From NCBI GenBank assembly GCA_041489155.1, contig JBGPQP010000004.1, positions 1-64,000 of the forward strand: a DNA stretch of 64,000 nt, read 5' to 3'. This DNA is from Candidatus Aenigmatarchaeota archaeon (GTDB lineage Archaea; Aenigmatarchaeota; Aenigmatarchaeia; QMZP01; QMZT01). The position numbers and the translations under genes are program-made. The notes under the pieces were generated by a model. The model was given only the letters and a program-made list of their open reading frames with translations. It had not been told where the DNA came from and did no database searches. Below, piece by piece: positions 19,301 to 30,500 of this stretch (position 1 is its first letter; each line of letters opens with the position of its first letter).

Positions 19301-22300
19301 ACATGCGCTGACGGCAGCGCGGCGAATGACAGCGCGACCACTCTTTATGGTAATGGTTACATGCCGGGAAGCGGGACGACGAGGACATGCTACTACGGCG
19401 ACATCACTTGCGCTTCGGGCAGCGAGGCGGACGGGACGAGCGCGACGGTCTATGGGTGGGGCTGGTACAGCGGAAGCCTCACGACCTCAGCGACGGTGAC
19501 GTGCAGGAGACCTGCAGGCACGTGCTCCGACGGCAGCTCTGCGAACGGCTCTGCCAGCACGCTCTGCGGCAACGGTTATTTTTCGAGCTCAAGCTCTTCC
19601 TGTTCTTCCGCTGACCAGAACACGGCAACAAGCGGCTATTGTTATTATGGAGACATGGCATGCAGCGATGTATCGGAGGCGAATGGCGCTGTAAGCAGCC
19701 TGCTCCGTGGCAACGGTTACACGATAGGCACTCCTGCCACAGACGTGACAGGCACATGTTATTACGGCAACATTGCCTGCGGCGACGGCAGCAGCGGCAA
19801 CGGAACGAACGCGACTGTTCACGGCAATGGTTACGAAAGCGTGGGCGCATGTTACTACGGCGACTGGGCATGCGGCGACGGGACTTATGCGAATGGCAGT
19901 TCCTGCGCCCTTGCCTGCGGAGGCTCGGGCAACGCGTGCTGCACCAGCCAGGGCATATACACGGACAGCGTCTCTTGTTCTGTTTCTGGTTGCGGCCAGA
20001 CCAACCACGACAGGGACAGCGCGCAGAGCTATTGCACTGCTACGGCGTCCGGCTGCACCGCATACGACTGGAGCATCGGCGGCGAGATAAATGCGACGGT
20101 CTGCTGCGGCGACGACACGGGCGAAAACAAGCGCCTGAGATTCTGCAGCTCATGGTGCGTTTCCAACGCCAGCGACGACGCGTGCTGCGGCTCATCGGAC
20201 AAATGCGTTTACAACAGCGCCTGCTACGGCGCTGGCTCATGCTACTCGGATGACGCATACTGCGATGCGGGCGCATGGCACGACTCTGACGACGGGCAAA
20301 CGTACTGTGAGGCGTGCAGTGGAAGCGGCAGATGGAACGCGGGCGGGGAGGTCTCGCCGACCTTGTGCTGCGGCGACGAGGCAGGAGAGAATTATGATTA
20401 CAGGATCGCCGACGGAGGCATGGACAACAATTTCGCCACCAACTCGAGCGATGACGCGTGCTGCAGCGCTGCGAATGACTGCGTCGCTGGCAGCGCATGC
20501 TACAGCAGCGGGAGCACGGCGAACGACATCGACAGCGACGGGGACAACGACTACTGCAACGCAGGGATGTGGTATGACTGCAGCACGGCTGCGCAGTGCC
20601 CGTCGGGCTACAGCTGCTTCGTAGGCGACTGCGTGGACGTGATAGACCTCATGTATGTCATTCCCACGCCTGCCCACGGCTCAAAAACTCCCAATAGTTC
20701 TGTCACCATAAACCTCACGGCAAACGACACGGTAAGCATGAGCATCGACACGTGCACGCTCCAGTGGAACGGCGTCAACGAGACGATGACAAAGTCAGGC
20801 AGCGGGACGTATGCTAATTGTTATGCGACTAAAGCGGTTGCCGACGGCTCGAGCTACAGCTTCAGGGCTTATGTCAACGACAGCGCGGGCAACCTGGAAA
20901 TGGAAAACGAAAGGAACTTCAGCGTGAATACGGCGCCGTCGCTTCCGGGCGTTTATCTCAACGTTAGTTTCGCCAAGAGCGGTGACCATGTTCTTGTTGC
21001 GACGACGGGAGCGAATGACAGCAACGGCGACGAGTATTATCTCAGGTGCGGCAACACGACAGGCCTCTCGAACCTGTGCAATTCTTCCCAGGGAAGCGGG
21101 CAAAGAAACTGCTCCTTCGCCAGCGGATGGGACGATAACGTCCAGCACATTGTCTACTGCAGGCTTGACGACGGCTATGAATATTCAACCGAAGCGCAGG
21201 CCAACCTGACAGCGGACAACCTGCCTCCCACGCCCAATCCTGCGCAGATAGAAGCCGCAGCAATGGCTTCTACCTCCGCGACCGTCACGGCAGTAGCCGC
21301 GAGCGACGCGTCTGCTGGGCTGAATGCGCTTGCCTACCGTTTCAACGACTCCGGCACATGGAGCGAATGGCAGGCCGGCAGAACTTACATAAACTCTTCG
21401 CTGCAGCCCAACACTCTTTATTGTTTCAACGCGCAGTACAGGGATACGCTTAACAATACGGGTTCAGCCAGCAGCCAGGTGTGCAATTACACCCTTGCAG
21501 ACCAGCCGTCCGTCGCATCGGTCAGCTGCTCTTACAACGGCACGCATGCATGCCAGGCCAACTTCAGCATGGGTTCGAATCCATACGGAGTGGAATATTA
21601 CATAGACGAGACTACCGGCAGCGCAGGCGGCAGCGACAAGAACTGGACCGCGTGGGCCGGCGAAACTTCTTACAACGACGTCGTGTCCCTGCCGCACACG
21701 TCATATTGTTACAGGATAGTTGCGAAGAACCAGAACGGGACATCGACTCCGTTTTCGTCTCAGGTATGCGACACGTCCTATAACAACGTGCCTTCTGTCA
21801 CCAGGCCGGTTGTATATGACAGCACCATGGCAGAGAAAAGTCAAATAAAGGCCGGCAGGGACATGTACGTCAAGGTTAACGTCAGCGACGGCGACGGAGC
21901 GGATGACATAAGCTCGGTCAGAATAAAGATAACGGACAACAACGGCCAGACCAGGGTGAACAGCGCTGATATGGCAAGCATAGCATCAATAACAAACGGC
22001 TACGTTTATCAGTACAGCTATCGCACGCCTTCCGACGGCGAGGGCACATGGACCATCGAAATCACCTGCGTCGACGACGGCAGCGCGCAGGTAACGAACT
22101 CGACCACATTTGCTATTCTCTCGCTAAGGCTGGGCATAAGGCTTGTGCTCAACGAAACCGCAGCAAAAATTTATGTCCCCGGAGAGGGGGAAAAGGCTTT
22201 TGCTGATTTAACGAATGCTTATTATCCGAGTCCTGAACATTACTACATCGCTTCTTACAAAAATGCGTCGCTTTACGGCCTTGTTTTCCAGGACCGCGAC

Positions 22301-22642
22301 GCTTTAGGCTTGCTAATTAACAAGACAGCTGACACGTTCTCGGTGGGGCTCGACCTGAAATATCCGAACTCCGTCGTGTTCCTCGTCCATTCGAAAGGCG
22401 ACTGGAGGACTCTCAACAGCAGGATCGGCCTTATAGAGAACGGGGCCTTCGCTGATTATTCAGAACCCACCTTCGCTTTCGGCCTGGGTGGCAAGCAAAA
22501 GATGAAAATACTGCTGCAGTACGAGAACGTGGACATTCTCGGCGGAAGGAGGGATGTCGGGAGGGGCGCGACTTCGCTTTCCATAAAGCATGAGGGCCTT
22601 TTCGGGCAGAACATCGGCCTCAACATAACCAAGCCGCCGTAG
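16370..22642 (+). CDS. Giant secreted Cys-rich repeat protein (2090 aa) with Ig/Fn3-like C-terminal domains
   Basis: Signal peptide; CCGDD.GENY repeats and YGNGY...CYYGD..C repeats; beta-rich C-terminal third; upstream AGGTGA. Confidence 0.88.
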   Translation: MKGFMKINLAAFIALMMLLSIILFPNATMATIYCPDCSNTCWNPYWLTNCPGGSADNCGDCGCTQTCDQGCGASCDDNGDCPNYCADGDILQENRVCQSGCTCDSGSSFNCNNYNFYLCGSGNVRYLRNYYCSGGNCNSYNDDWIDDCDAVCDGTWMKKCSGGDCVLDYDCLATCTGKQRYHGCYGGCNSPYCDTGYGNPCGAACDQNDVQEGGDPNWCQACSNDANCAWNNINNGYQCSSADSCSGNSVCTHYDCSSGACSAQDGCTNCDIYDGWYGGGENGCGVYDDPTSYYRDYYCSSGSCTYSNTNSADCDIYDGWYGGGNTAGCGDDPTSYHRDYYVIANTDSCDYCNADSADCDGSDVCSNVCLGSYIYSYLDYYVTANTGSCTYAWGSYIEDCATKASECTSVSNYRDYVGCSGGACTYNDYDSDSAQGYCDACKGAGYWYLGGETSPTTCCEDSGEYKRTFVDYAGNSYGVQDWGSSQAACCDASTDHINYNGQCVTSGSGGYAVATGYSVHDQYAYPYYYSGDQGWLDLDGHSSWPAAFGANVCGGSGWIYMYGDSTGEKCSTAGGSGCWDAGQNNYGCCGDDSGENYLYRLSYSDQVGGLTATSTSDYACCDASTDCVYNGACYAQSTWYDLDSNGVYDSYCYGVNGWLNADRHTSYCTANHWNIGGDADLEGDYYQVGGGRTDFCDIGAAGTPSTQCCCGDDTGENYRTCTDSSANGDCGADTTACCTATTKCIDHNGACQSTGSCYTFGSGGLKSYCNSGTWEDPDEASGYCTASGCGYTWMTNVPTSGTQCCADDSTSDNSYYYSANPTTATSLSCERCNAGSYVSPVTYYGNGYYTGSLTTSTTTNCYYGDITCSAANGANGTNANIYGNGWTTGSVTTSTSLVCYYGDMGCSDGSQSNGTSGTYYGNGYSSGSGTSRTCHYGDITCSDGSASNGTSQNIYGWGYYEGSLTASTSVSCKSGAATCADGSAANDSATTLYGNGYMPGSGTTRTCYYGDITCASGSEADGTSATVYGWGWYSGSLTTSATVTCRRPAGTCSDGSSANGSASTLCGNGYFSSSSSSCSSADQNTATSGYCYYGDMACSDVSEANGAVSSLLRGNGYTIGTPATDVTGTCYYGNIACGDGSSGNGTNATVHGNGYESVGACYYGDWACGDGTYANGSSCALACGGSGNACCTSQGIYTDSVSCSVSGCGQTNHDRDSAQSYCTATASGCTAYDWSIGGEINATVCCGDDTGENKRLRFCSSWCVSNASDDACCGSSDKCVYNSACYGAGSCYSDDAYCDAGAWHDSDDGQTYCEACSGSGRWNAGGEVSPTLCCGDEAGENYDYRIADGGMDNNFATNSSDDACCSAANDCVAGSACYSSGSTANDIDSDGDNDYCNAGMWYDCSTAAQCPSGYSCFVGDCVDVIDLMYVIPTPAHGSKTPNSSVTINLTANDTVSMSIDTCTLQWNGVNETMTKSGSGTYANCYATKAVADGSSYSFRAYVNDSAGNLEMENERNFSVNTAPSLPGVYLNVSFAKSGDHVLVATTGANDSNGDEYYLRCGNTTGLSNLCNSSQGSGQRNCSFASGWDDNVQHIVYCRLDDGYEYSTEAQANLTADNLPPTPNPAQIEAAAMASTSATVTAVAASDASAGLNALAYRFNDSGTWSEWQAGRTYINSSLQPNTLYCFNAQYRDTLNNTGSASSQVCNYTLADQPSVASVSCSYNGTHACQANFSMGSNPYGVEYYIDETTGSAGGSDKNWTAWAGETSYNDVVSLPHTSYCYRIVAKNQNGTSTPFSSQVCDTSYNNVPSVTRPVVYDSTMAEKSQIKAGRDMYVKVNVSDGDGADDISSVRIKITDNNGQTRVNSADMASIASITNGYVYQYSYRTPSDGEGTWTIEITCVDDGSAQVTNSTTFAILSLRLGIRLVLNETAAKIYVPGEGEKAFADLTNAYYPSPEHYYIASYKNASLYGLVFQDRDALGLLINKTADTFSVGLDLKYPNSVVFLVHSKGDWRTLNSRIGLIENGAFADYSEPTFAFGLGGKQKMKILLQYENVDILGGRRDVGRGATSLSIKHEGLFGQNIGLNITKPP
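17175..17340 (+). repeat. Exact 34-bp intragenic direct repeat (17175-17208 and 17307-17340), 132-bp period
   Basis: actgcgacatttatgatggttggtatggcggcgg occurs twice; gatgacccaacatcata is also duplicated just downstream of each copy. Confidence 0.9.
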
Positions 22643-22681
22643 GCTCCGGAAAATATAAGCGGCCGGGAGCAATTAATAAAC

Positions 22682-24787
22682 ATGGCCAGTCTTTTCGGCA
22701 AAAAGAAGAAAGAGCCGCCAGAAACAACCACGACCGAAGGCTATATGCAGCGCTACCAGCAGCTTTCCTTCCCCGACGAGAGCCAGCCGGTTGTGACCTC
22801 GCGCGAGTTCAGGCTTTTCAAGAAAAAAGAAGACCAGCCGCTGATATGGTTCGAAAGGCTCGCCCGCATCGCCGGCAAAATAATTTCTGCAAACCCGCCG
22901 GACGAGAACACGAAAAAGGAGCTTGAAACCTCGATTGCCTTCACGAGCATCCGCGTCACGCCGAAAGACGTGATGGCGCTCGTTTACCTCACCATGATTT
23001 CTTTCGTGATAGCAGGCATATTTGTCGTGGTCCTGGGAATCGTCCCTCTTATGGGCGTGCTGTTCATTTCAATGGTCGGGGTCGGCCTCGGCTATTACTT
23101 CCTGAAATACCCGCTCAACCTCATGAAGGCTTACAGGATCGAGGCGTCGTCGCAGGTCGTGCTGGCCGTGCTGTACATGGTCGTCTCGATGCGCGTCACC
23201 CCCAACCTGGAGCAGGCGCTGAGGTTCTCCGCTGCGAACGTATCGGGCCCGCTCGCATGGGACCTTAGAAAGCTGCTGTGGGACATAGAGATGGGGGGCT
23301 ATTACTCGGCATCCCAAGCTCTAACCGACTACATAGCGAAATGGAAGGCAGAGAACGAGGAGTTCGCTGAGGCCCTGAGGCTCGTGCGCGACTCTCGCAC
23401 GCATACGCCCGAAAAGGCGGAAATCATCCTTAACGAGGCGCTGGACGTCATACTCAACGGCACGAAAACGCGCATGAAGCACTACGCGCAGGACCTCACG
23501 CTTCCGGTAAGCATTATACACATGATGGGCATCGTTCTTCCGATCCTCGGCAGCATAATGGCTCCGATGGCGGCGGTCTTCCTTTCCGACATCGCCAGGC
23601 CGGAATATTTCTTCATAGGCTACGACGTCGTCCTGCCGCTTTTCATAGTATGGTTCATAAACAGCGTGCTCAAGAAAAGGCCTACGACCTTCTCCCAAGT
23701 GGACACCTCGCTGCATCCCGAGCTGCCGCCGAAGGGGAGCTTTTTCATCAACATGGGGAAAAAGAAAGTCGCGATGCCCGTCCTGCCGTTTTCGCTCATC
23801 ACAGCGTTGGTTTTCATCGTCCCGGCGGTCCTGTTTTTCATGAGCGACCCCAGAGTATTTTTCTCAGGCGAAGGCGTCCACGACATGTTCTCGATGATAA
23901 TGTCGCTGATGGTTATACTGGGCATCGCCCTGGGACTGGCGACGCATTTCATCCTTTCGAACTACCAGAGGATGAAGATACAGACTGACGTGCTGAAGAC
24001 GGAGAGTGAGTTCGAACTCGCGCTCTTCCAGCTCGGCAACAGGATTTCCGGCGGGACCCCGATAGAACTCGCCCTTGAGAAATGCGTTGACGACGTTAAG
24101 GACCTCAGCATCGCCGGCCTGTTCACGATAACCCTGCGCAACATAAAGAACCTGGGCATGACCTTCAAGGAGGCGCTGCTCAACGAGAAGTGGGGGGCCA
24201 TAAGGTTCTACCCGAGCAGCCTGATAAGGAACATAATGTACATGATCGTCGACATCGCAAGGAAAGGCGTCAAATACGCGGCGGAGGGCATGATGACGGT
24301 TTCGAAATACCTGCGCAACATACGCGAGACGCAGGAGTACATACGCGACCTCCTGCAGGAATCGGTCTCGTCGATGAAGTTCCAGGCATACCTATTGACT
24401 CCGATGGTCACGGGCCTGATAGTCTCCATGGCCCAGGTGATAATCAAGGTCCTTTCCATCCTCGGCAAGAGGCTCCAGGAGCTGAGCGCCGGCAGCAACC
24501 TGCCGATAAACATAAGCAGCGGCCTGTTCACCGGAGGCGGCGCGGGAACAAGCTCTGTCTCGCCTGAGATGTTCCAGATAATAATAGGCATATACCTCAT
24601 CGAGGTGATAATCATCCTCGCCATGTTCATGACCAAGATTTCGCAGGGAGAGGACAAGGTTTACATGTGGTATTCAGCGGGCAAGATGCTGATTGTCGCC
24701 GTGACCATGTACTTCCTAGTCGCCATCGGCGCATCGATGATGTTCGGCGGCCTGATAGAGCAGGCGGTAAGCAGCATCGCGGGATAG
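22682..24787 (+). CDS. Pilus/T2SS platform membrane protein (GspF/TadB-TadC-like, fused)
   Basis: Two T2SSF-like halves (PNLEQAL...GPLAWDL; FQLGNRISGGTPIE), multiple TMs; downstream of the ATPase. Confidence 0.8.
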   Translation: MASLFGKKKKEPPETTTTEGYMQRYQQLSFPDESQPVVTSREFRLFKKKEDQPLIWFERLARIAGKIISANPPDENTKKELETSIAFTSIRVTPKDVMALVYLTMISFVIAGIFVVVLGIVPLMGVLFISMVGVGLGYYFLKYPLNLMKAYRIEASSQVVLAVLYMVVSMRVTPNLEQALRFSAANVSGPLAWDLRKLLWDIEMGGYYSASQALTDYIAKWKAENEEFAEALRLVRDSRTHTPEKAEIILNEALDVILNGTKTRMKHYAQDLTLPVSIIHMMGIVLPILGSIMAPMAAVFLSDIARPEYFFIGYDVVLPLFIVWFINSVLKKRPTTFSQVDTSLHPELPPKGSFFINMGKKKVAMPVLPFSLITALVFIVPAVLFFMSDPRVFFSGEGVHDMFSMIMSLMVILGIALGLATHFILSNYQRMKIQTDVLKTESEFELALFQLGNRISGGTPIELALEKCVDDVKDLSIAGLFTITLRNIKNLGMTFKEALLNEKWGAIRFYPSSLIRNIMYMIVDIARKGVKYAAEGMMTVSKYLRNIRETQEYIRDLLQESVSSMKFQAYLLTPMVTGLIVSMAQVIIKVLSILGKRLQELSAGSNLPINISSGLFTGGGAGTSSVSPEMFQIIIGIYLIEVIIILAMFMTKISQGEDKVYMWYSAGKMLIVAVTMYFLVAIGASMMFGGLIEQAVSSIAG

Positions 24788-24843
24788 CATCATCTTTTTC
24801 TATAGCCTACGCTCAAAAGCTGGTGAAATCAAAAATTAAAAAG

Positions 24844-24917
24844 GGCCACGGCCGAGATTTGAACTCGGGCTAAGGGATCCACAGTCCCTTGTGCTACCAG
24901 GCTACACCACCGCGGCC
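24844..24917 (-). tRNA. tRNA-His(GTG), G-1 genomically encoded, no intron
   Basis: Reverse complement folds as GCCGCGG/CCGTGGC acceptor, AGGGA-CT GTG GA-TCCCT, CCGAG-TTCAAAT-CTCGG; C73. Confidence 0.95.
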
Positions 24918-24972
24918 ATGGTTTTAATTTGTGAGAAGCTGTTTTAAATGTTTTACAAGCAGGCAAAAACGT

Positions 24973-26865
24973 CTATTTTATTTTTACGTGTTCCCTTACC
25001 TTGTCACCGGGCTTGCCGGATTTTATTTCATAAATAGGTTCCCTCTTGTCCTCGGGAACATGTATGCCTATTTCCTCTGCTGCGCCCAGTATGGCCTCGC
25101 TCCTAACTCCGCGTATTTCAGATTCTTTTGCGGTCATCAATTTGCCCGAACCTTTCCAGTCAAAATACTTTGAGCCCGGAAGGATAACGGGCACGAGCAT
25201 GCCTTCCCTTGCATTAGAGCACGTGGTAAGCGAAACCACCTTTTTGCTTCCTATGCTGACTTCGCAAATCTTAAGATTGTCGGCATTGGGATGTTTCTTT
25301 ACCTCGTCTATTCTTCCTACCACGAGGCTGTCCTGAGCAAGCACATTTTCAGCGGTTTTGCCGTCAGTCTCCTCGGCGCCTTCGGTTTCCGGCTTCATGA
25401 ACGGGAAGAAGATGACGTCACGTATGCTGGGCGAGTCCGTGAGCAGCATTATCAGGCGGTCGACCCCGAGGCCTATCCCTGACGTAGGAGGCATGCCGTA
25501 TTCCAGCGCGCGGACGAAATCGGCATCCATCCTCTGCGCCTCTTCATCTCCACGCTTGAGGTCCCGCTCAGCCTTCTCCCAGTAATGCCTTATCTGCTCC
25601 GGGTCATTCGCTTCGGAGTACGAGTTGATGATTTCCCATGCGTTGACGAAGCTCTCGAAGCGCTCGGCAATCCTATCGTCGTCCTGCCTCCTTTTCGAAA
25701 GGCCTGAAACGTCCGACGGGAAATCGTAAATGTGAACAGGCTGGATGAGATGCTGCTCGACCTTGCTCTCGAAGACGTGCGCGACTATCTCGCCCCACGA
25801 CATGCCCTTTTCGACTTCGGCGCCGAGCTCCTTCTCGGCGGCAAACGCCTTCTCCGCGTCGAGCTTGCCGAAGTCCTTTCCGGTGTATTGCTTCACCGCG
25901 TCCAGCATGCTCATCCTCTTCCATGGCGTTTTGAATTCCAGGACCTGGCCCTGGTAGACTATCTTCGTCTTGTCGCAGACCTGCTTGACTATATGTTCTA
26001 TCATTTTCTCCGTCAGGTCCATGCTGTCATTGTAATCCGCGTAGGCGCACATGGTTTCCATCATGAGGAATTCGGGATTATGCGTCTTGTCTATGCCCTC
26101 GTTCCTGAAGTCCTGCGAGAATTCGAATATCTTTTCATACCCTCCTACGATGAGCCGCTTGAGATAGAGCTCGTTCGAGATGCGCATGTAAATCTTCATG
26201 TCCAGCGCGTTGAGCTTCGACTCGAAGGGCCTCGCGGACGCTCCTCCGTAAATGGGCTGTAGTATCGGCGTTTCGACTTCCTTGAAGCCGTGCGTCTTTA
26301 GGAACTCGCGTGTCGCTTCTATCGCCTTTGCTCTTTTATCGAAAACGTCCTTGACCTCGGGGCTGAGTATGAGGTCCACGTATCTCTGGCGGTAGCGCAG
26401 CTCCTTGTCCTTGAGGCCGAACCAGTCCTTCGGCAGCGGGCGCAGCGCTTTGGTGAGCAGCTCAAAATTTCCTGTATGAATACTGAGTTCGCCGCGCTTC
26501 GTGCGGAGCACGTGGCCCTTCGCGCCTATGATGTCGCCCGCGTTAAGCATGGCATCGAAGAAATCGAATTTCTCCTTCCCGATGCCCGCCTCGTCTACAA
26601 GCAGCTGGATTTTGCCAGAAGCATCGTTGAGGTCGGCGAATATCAGCCTGCCGTGCTTCCTTATCGACCTTATCCTTCCCGCGACTGAAACTATGAGCTT
26701 CTTCATCTCCTTGCCGTTCCCGAGCTTCTCCGCCTTCTTGGCGATCTCGCTGACGAGATGCGTCTTGCCGTAGCGCCTCTTGTAGGGTTCTATCTTCCTC
26801 TTTCTCAGCTCGGAGAGCTTTATGCGCCTTTCCTCGATTTCGGAGAGCGATTCCTTTTCGGTCAT
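24973..26865 (-). CDS. lysS: Class II lysyl-tRNA synthetase with C-terminal tRNA-binding OB domain
   Basis: [42 protein letters not shown]; tail VVGRI...HPNADNL. Confidence 0.95.
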   Translation of the reverse strand: MTEKESLSEIEERRIKLSELRKRKIEPYKRRYGKTHLVSEIAKKAEKLGNGKEMKKLIVSVAGRIRSIRKHGRLIFADLNDASGKIQLLVDEAGIGKEKFDFFDAMLNAGDIIGAKGHVLRTKRGELSIHTGNFELLTKALRPLPKDWFGLKDKELRYRQRYVDLILSPEVKDVFDKRAKAIEATREFLKTHGFKEVETPILQPIYGGASARPFESKLNALDMKIYMRISNELYLKRLIVGGYEKIFEFSQDFRNEGIDKTHNPEFLMMETMCAYADYNDSMDLTEKMIEHIVKQVCDKTKIVYQGQVLEFKTPWKRMSMLDAVKQYTGKDFGKLDAEKAFAAEKELGAEVEKGMSWGEIVAHVFESKVEQHLIQPVHIYDFPSDVSGLSKRRQDDDRIAERFESFVNAWEIINSYSEANDPEQIRHYWEKAERDLKRGDEEAQRMDADFVRALEYGMPPTSGIGLGVDRLIMLLTDSPSIRDVIFFPFMKPETEGAEETDGKTAENVLAQDSLVVGRIDEVKKHPNADNLKICEVSIGSKKVVSLTTCSNAREGMLVPVILPGSKYFDWKGSGKLMTAKESEIRGVRSEAILGAAEEIGIHVPEDKREPIYEIKSGKPGDKVREHVKIK

Positions 26866-27446
26866 GATTCCAACCAGATCTTTTCGAAGTAGGCCTCGAA
26901 CTGCTCTGCCAGCGGCGGCGAGTTTATCGCGACGCTGGCCTCGTGGTTTTGGTCGAGCGCGCTGTAGCTCCAGTTCGTGGAGCCTATGATAATAATCTTC
27001 GAATCTATTATTATAAGTTTAGCGTGAGTCCTCGTTTCCTTGGAATCGAACTTCGCGTTTATCCCCCTTTCTTTGAGCAGCGTTACAAGCGGCCTGTCTG
27101 TCGCCTCCTCGTCCACCAGAACGCGCACGTCCAGGCCGCTCTTCGAAGCGGCTTCCAGTTTTTCAACGAGCAGGTTGGCATTGCTGTCAGGATAATCGGC
27201 GTAGTAATTGAGGCTGTACATCACAACGTGTATGCTGCTGTTCGCCGCCTCGAGCAATGCGCTTGCCTCAGGGAAATAGCCGCGGTCCGCGAGCATCAGA
27301 GCCTGGTCAGCTTCGAGGGAGACAGGCGCATACGTAACAGGACCTGAAAGGCTCAGGGCCAGGAAGGCCGCCAGAACCAGCAGAAGCAGAATGAGCGAAA
27401 GCATCTTTCTGCTAGAAAAAGGGAAGGGTAGCGGGCTCGCGCGCAT
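26862..27446 (-). CDS. Membrane-anchored single-HKD phospholipase D/Nuc family protein
   Basis: HAKLIIID...IGSTNWS...NHE; N-terminal TM; start uncertain (27404 or 27446). Confidence 0.85.
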   Translation of the reverse strand: MRASPLPFPFSSRKMLSLILLLLVLAAFLALSLSGPVTYAPVSLEADQALMLADRGYFPEASALLEAANSSIHVVMYSLNYYADYPDSNANLLVEKLEAASKSGLDVRVLVDEEATDRPLVTLLKERGINAKFDSKETRTHAKLIIIDSKIIIIGSTNWSYSALDQNHEASVAINSPPLAEQFEAYFEKIWLES

Positions 27447-27521
27447 AAATATATTATAAATCATATAGAATATTAAATAGAGCCGCAGTATAATTTCAGG
27501 AAAGACCAAAAGGGGTGTTGG

Positions 27522-30500
27522 ATGTTCAGAAGGGACGTTATCTTGTTCGGTGCCTTAGCCTTATTTTTGACGGCGCTTGTTTTTGTTCTGCCGGGCTCTG
27601 CGTTGTACAGCACCTACGGGAATTTCTCGGTCACGCCTGACGAGGTTTCCTTCAACTGGACGAATGTGAGCATAATTGTAACGTCCAATAGTAGCAGCCT
27701 TATAGTCGTGGTGAACAACACGGCAACAGAAATACAACCCAGGTATTTCACTTCAGGCGAATATCAGGTGTCCAGTCCCTGGCCCACGGATCCTCAATGG
27801 AGGAACTGCTTCAGCGTGATAGGCGGGCCAAGCGGCATGAAGTTCATGGCGGAGAACGCTACCGGGACTTATGCCGTCCTTACGTACAGCGGCGAGCTGA
27901 ACAACACAAACAGCACGACCTTTAACCTCACGGCCTACCAGTACTGCCCGCCCGGCTTGTACTCGGGCTATCTCTATGTTTTCAAGAACGGCGCTGAAGC
28001 CGACAAGGCCAAAATCGCCGCTAACGTCAGCATACCCATCAATCCCCAAAACACGTTCAACTTCACCGGCCGCTATTCTTCCTTCAAAGGTTCGTTCGTG
28101 GAAAGCGCTCAGAATTATCATTCATTTTATTTAAACAAAAGCCATATCGTGAACTCGACATGCGGGACGCTAAAACTGACCGGCTTCACAGGTGATATTG
28201 ACATATTCCTTTTCGCTAATGCGAGCCTTCTTTATAAATCAATAAAAAGTTCTGGAGAAGACGAGGAAATAGAATGCGTTCCTTGGCCTGGAGAAGCCGA
28301 AAAGGAGATGATGGAAATAAGAGTTTACGGCAATGTCACGTCCGCTTATTCAGGTTATGTTTACTTCACCCCCCTTGGAGCGGCAAACACCAGCAACCCG
28401 AACCAGAAATTCAACGCCTCGAGTCCCATAAATTTGGGCGTTCTTGACCCCAACAGCACCTCGCAAAATGTTCCAGTAAACATATCCAACATTGATGACC
28501 AGGCAGCCAACAGTGTAAAAGAAAGCGCGGAAGTTTACCGCGTTGATGCCTGGACCAACAAAAACCAATCCGGAACATACCGTTTCCTTGTCCCCAACTT
28601 TGCTGAGAAAGTGAAGGTCAAGATAGAGTGGACGAGCAACACGACTTATAACCTGTTCCTGAGTGACGTGAACGCCTATCTTTTCGGCAATTCGAGCCAG
28701 AAATACAAAAACGCCAACAAGACCGGAAGCGTGAAAGAAGAGTTTGTAATCACTACTTCACCCCTAAATGAATCAAACGACGGTTACTGGAACATAACCG
28801 TATTGAACACAAGCGCGATATACGGCAGCTATAACGTTACAGCCTATGTGTGGATGCCGGAGGATGCATGGTTCGAGAGCAGCTACACGCTAGGAGGCTT
28901 CAGCTTTGCTCCGATGGGAAGCGAGAACGACTCCCTTGGCTTTTCCTTCAATGTAACCGTCCCTGAACTTTACCTCACAAACGGAACATACGAGGGTTTC
29001 CTGCGCTACAACAACACCGAAGGATGGAAACTGCAGGTTCCGTTCAATTTCAAGGTCAAAGCCGGAATGCTGCTCATGGACAACGAAAACATGAGCTCCA
29101 GCACCCATGTGGTAAGAGACAACATCGGCTTTGACAGGCTTGGCGCGGGAGCGATCCCCCTTAACATAACTTACAATAACACGGGAGACTATCCGATATA
29201 CTACACGGAAACCAATAGCAGCAACAAGCTCTATCTGACCTCGAACACTTCGAATTATATAGATTTTGTTGTGGACGAAATGCCTGAGGACGGCTCGAAG
29301 ATAAACAACAACACCGGGGGAACAATGGACATCCGCCTGCTTTTAAACACGTCCCTGACAAACGACGTGGCGGGAACCTATGAAGGCAACATGACCTTCA
29401 ACACCACTAATACGACCGTCACTTCATCTTCCTATCCCTTCAAGATCTATACCCTTGTACTGAGGGTCGTCCTTACTAACGACCTTAGCGTCAACATAAC
29501 GGATATCACTCCGTCGACCATAAACACCGAAAACGCGACTAACATAACAACGAAAGTAAGCGTGAAGCTGGAGAACGGGACGGTCATATCATACTCGAAT
29601 CCCGCACTTATGAACATAAGCGACTTCACCGGCATGATTCTTACAGAGGGCAACTACAGCGCAACGGGCAAGATTTACGACCTCACCCAGAACAGGTCGC
29701 AGGCCGATACCTTACTCTGCCCCTCGGGAGGCGAATGCCGCATAAACTGGACTATTCCGGCCGGAGCCATAGGTGGGCAGTACTTCACAAAGGTTACCGC
29801 GCAGGTAAACACCAGCCAGATACCGAACGGCAATGGGAAAAAGATACTGACAGGGCAATACGAAACGCCCAACACGTCCGTCGTGGTAAACGACACAGGC
29901 CTCTGGCTGCACATTGTTGACGACGAATGGGAGGATAACCTTTACGAATCAACCTCCTCCATTTACAGCGTGCGGGTCAAGAATTTCGGCCCGGCTACAG
30001 CGAACAAAGCACAGATTAAATTCTACAAGAACACGGACTGCCCCGTTTCAATAAGCAGGGATAGCGTTAACTGCTCAGAGTGCGGCGGCACCTACACAAG
30101 CACCCAAGTGCCTTCCGACAGCTGGAACCTCACCACCCTTCCTGGCTACAAGAGCGACTGCCTGTGCAAGCTTTCATGGGAGCTGACTGCGATTTCTGTT
30201 GATGAAACCGAGGAATGCGACGTGGACGTACGAGTGGTGACCAGCCATAAAAAATTCGAAGAGGTGAGCGCGACAATATATATCCGCACCAACGCCACCA
30301 GCAACCAGGGGGCCCAGCAGACAACAACATGCACGACCAACGCGACCTGCGGCGACACGCAGTACTGCAAGAGCGGGAGCTGCATATCAGTTTCCTGCCC
30401 GTCCGGGCAATATGCGAAGAACCACGCGTGCAACAAGCACGGACCCCAGATAAACATAACCGCCTACGCCACCGAAAAAATATACGTGCTGCAGGGCGGC

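Noticed and set aside
16370..22642. Diversity-generating retroelement acting on the giant protein
   Set aside because: No reverse transcriptase is in the window, and the internal repeats show no adenine-specific mismatch pattern.
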